From positions 2,170,001-2,234,000 of the forward strand of contig CM030334.1 in NCBI GenBank assembly GCA_017654855.1: a stretch of 64,000 nt of DNA, in the 5' to 3' direction. This document shows positions 61,889-64,000 of this stretch, one piece after another; position 1 is the stretch's first letter, and each line of letters starts with the position of its first letter. This DNA is from Podospora anserina. Taxonomy: Eukaryota. Both the position numbers and the translations under genes were made by a program. The notes under the pieces were generated by a model. That model worked only from the letters and a program-made list of their open reading frames with translations. It made no database searches and was not told the DNA's origin.

Positions 61889-62143
61889 ATGCCAGCCCTA
61901 CCTCTACCCACCACCCTCACCACCATCAAGCAGCGCTCCCCAGCCAACCTCATCGTTCCCCCCATCAACCCCTTCCCAGACACCCTCAACTTGAACAATC
62001 GCACCTCCACCCCAACCACAACCCCCCTCCCCTCTTCCAACCCCCCCGCCGCAATCTCCTTCATCGTCATCTCCTCCCTCGTCATAATAATCACCTTCCT
62101 CGCCGCTCTATACATCAACATCCGCGCCCGCAAGCACATCCAC

Positions 62144-62179
<36 letters not shown>

Positions 62180-62545
62180 CCCCACCAACTCCAAACCTGG
62201 ACCCCCCTGGTCACAAAACGACAAGAGGAGCGCGCCAAACAACTCCATCTAGAAAAGCAAGACCAACTTTGGGAAGGGCAGGAGGAGAGAACAAGAAGAG
62301 GGGAGCTGCTCCGGGCTGGAATGGAGGTTGGTGCCATGGCGGGAAGACTCTCATCGGAACGAGAGAGGGCAGAATTGAGTGGGGATGGGAGGGACGGTGT
62401 CAACAATCATGAGAGTGGGAAGGAGGAGGAGCAGGAGGGGAGTGTGATACGTGAACCGCCGCCGCCGCTGTATTCCCCCCCATGGGTAGGGAAGCAAGTG
62501 GTAGATGATGCCTCTACTACTAGGGCTGTGCGTTCGGTTCTGTGA
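61889..62545 (+). CDS. Hypothetical single-pass membrane protein with poly-Gln and C-terminal PPPLY motif
   Basis: Good start context (CAAAAATG). TM segment AAISFIVISSLVIIITFLAALYINI is followed by RARK; EPPPPLYSP resembles a PY motif. Confidence 0.7.
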
Positions 62546-62887
62546 GGTGATGGGCGGCCTATTATAGGTGATCAACAAGGGAAGGAGCGGGCTTTTTGGG
62601 AGTTTAAGGGTGGAAAAAGATGGATCAGGAGGGGTTGAAATTATCTCGAGGCCTGTTGACCAGCTTTCGAGATCTGTCGACTTTCTTTCGGGGCCTATCA
62701 ACTATCTTTAAAGGCCTGTTGGCTGTTTTTCATGCAAGGTAAAAAAAAAGCCATGCAAAAGCAACTATAAAACAGCTAAACAATCCCAAACTCACACCTC
62801 TCCCACCACACAACTAACCCCGTCTAAACGGCACTAAGACACCCCATAACACATAGCTCATATCCCTCACCACAACCACGCCATCCC

Positions 62888-64000
62888 CTAGCCCAACTCC
62901 AACCTCCCCAACTTCCCCCTCAAAACCCCCTCCAACCCACCCCCATCCCTACAAAACCCCGCCAGCTTCACCGCCCCCTCCCCCCACCCCCTCGCCCTCT
63001 CCCTCTCCCCAGCAGCAAAACAATCAATCCCGTGATTAAACGCCGTAGCAGCCATCCACTCCAGTTCCTCCTCCGGCCAGCCAGCCTCGCTCTCCCTTAA
63101 CTCCCTCGCCTTCCCGCACGCCTCCTCCAGCAGCCTCATCGCCAACCCGTCATCCACCGGCAACGTAGCCTGGAACAAACACCTCGTATACTTTGCCAAT
63201 TTCACCGCGTCAAACGCCTCGAGCGCCCAAATCTCATTGACAAGTCTTCGCATGGTTGAGTACAGAACTGCTTGGGGTGTTAGTTAGCTTGTTTGGGTAA
63301 CAAAAGGGGGGTAGGGGGGTTACCTTGCCCTGGAGCTCTCGCTCGGAGCAAACTATCCGCCATAGCCTGAAAAGCCGTCACACTTTTGCAGCCGACTGCT
63401 CTTTGCACAATCCCACCCAAATCATCCCACGCTTCCAGCACTACCGCGGCTTCAAAGTCAAATGTCAGCAGCGTGGCGTGTTTCCTTAGCATGTCATCCC
63501 TCGAGTGTTCGTCTAGCCGTGGCAAAAGCTCTGGAAGGTCGGTATCGAATGCCAAAACATGTTCTCGCATGGCAGTGTAATATTCTAGTTGCTTCGTGAC
63601 ATTGTCTTCCGCCCGTGCTTGGGAGACCAACGCCGAGGAAATGATGAACCGGGAAAAGAGCATCTTCAAACCCATCTCAACAAGCTGAGACCCTCCCATG
63701 TCAGGCGGAAAGTGGCCGGTGATATGGACGCAAGAGGTGAGCATTCTGACTATGTACCGTAGGTCCCACGTTGTTGTGTTCTTCAGAGCGAGGTTATAAG
63801 AGTTGCGGCTGAACCACTCGAGTTCGTCAACCGTAAACAGCTTACGTCTTGGATTCTCTTTCTTCTGCTTTTCGAGGGCGACAACGACTGTTTGATCGGT
63901 CAGGGGGCTGCCAGTATGGGCATTCAGGGGTAGCTCACCAGCATCAAACATATCGCAAAGGTCTTCAACAACCCCGTTTTCACCAGCGTCTGCCCTATCA
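62888..64000 (-). CDS. SPO22: Meiotic SPO22/ZIP4-like TPR protein, 3' part (runs off the window)
   Basis: Introns 63938-63888 and 63323-63268. Motifs ELEWFSRNSYNLAL, LLTFDFEAA..L..WD.L, KLAKYTRCLFQ and WPEEELEWMAATAFNHG.D. Confidence 0.85.

Noticed and set aside
1-64000. Transposons, Spok/Starship elements, rRNA/tRNA genes, CRISPR arrays
   Set aside because: No transposase, reverse-transcriptase or tyrosine-recombinase motifs, LTR/TIR pairs, long AT-rich RIP tracts or RNA-gene signatures were recognised by eye. Small solo LTRs or intron-containing tRNAs could have been missed.

Overview
Eukaryotic DNA from a filamentous ascomycete. Short GT-AG introns with CTRAC/CTAAT branch sites, a HET-domain gene, CAP20 and PTH11-like genes, and C-rich 5' / G-rich 3' coding regions suggest Sordariales, probably Podospora-like (inference). 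From about 10.8 kb onward the window is mostly conserved genes: CAP20/perilipin, TBC Rab-GAP, a single-pass sensor-like protein, a PTS2-bearing SDR, a Siw14-like phosphatase, an AIM19-like protein, HLJ1, xanthine dehydrogenase, ALDH, an SCPx-type thiolase, a PTH11-like receptor, a PPR protein, RSM25, ALG14, IMA1 and SPO22/ZIP4. HET and RING-H2 pseudogenes are interspersed. The first ~10 kb is a fast-turnover accessory block. The main finding is a family of small proteins I do not recognise, with a CxxC...CxxC core and two further conserved blocks. It has four copies in 1.07-4.4 kb (one intact, three broken and largely invisible in the ORF track) and a fifth, intact copy at 60.4 kb. Next to the cluster is an inverted duplicate pair of thaumatin-like genes that retains homologous core promoters. 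A perfect UaY/PCO1-type site lies in the divergent XDH-ALDH promoter. All calls come from reading the sequence by eye; no searches were run.
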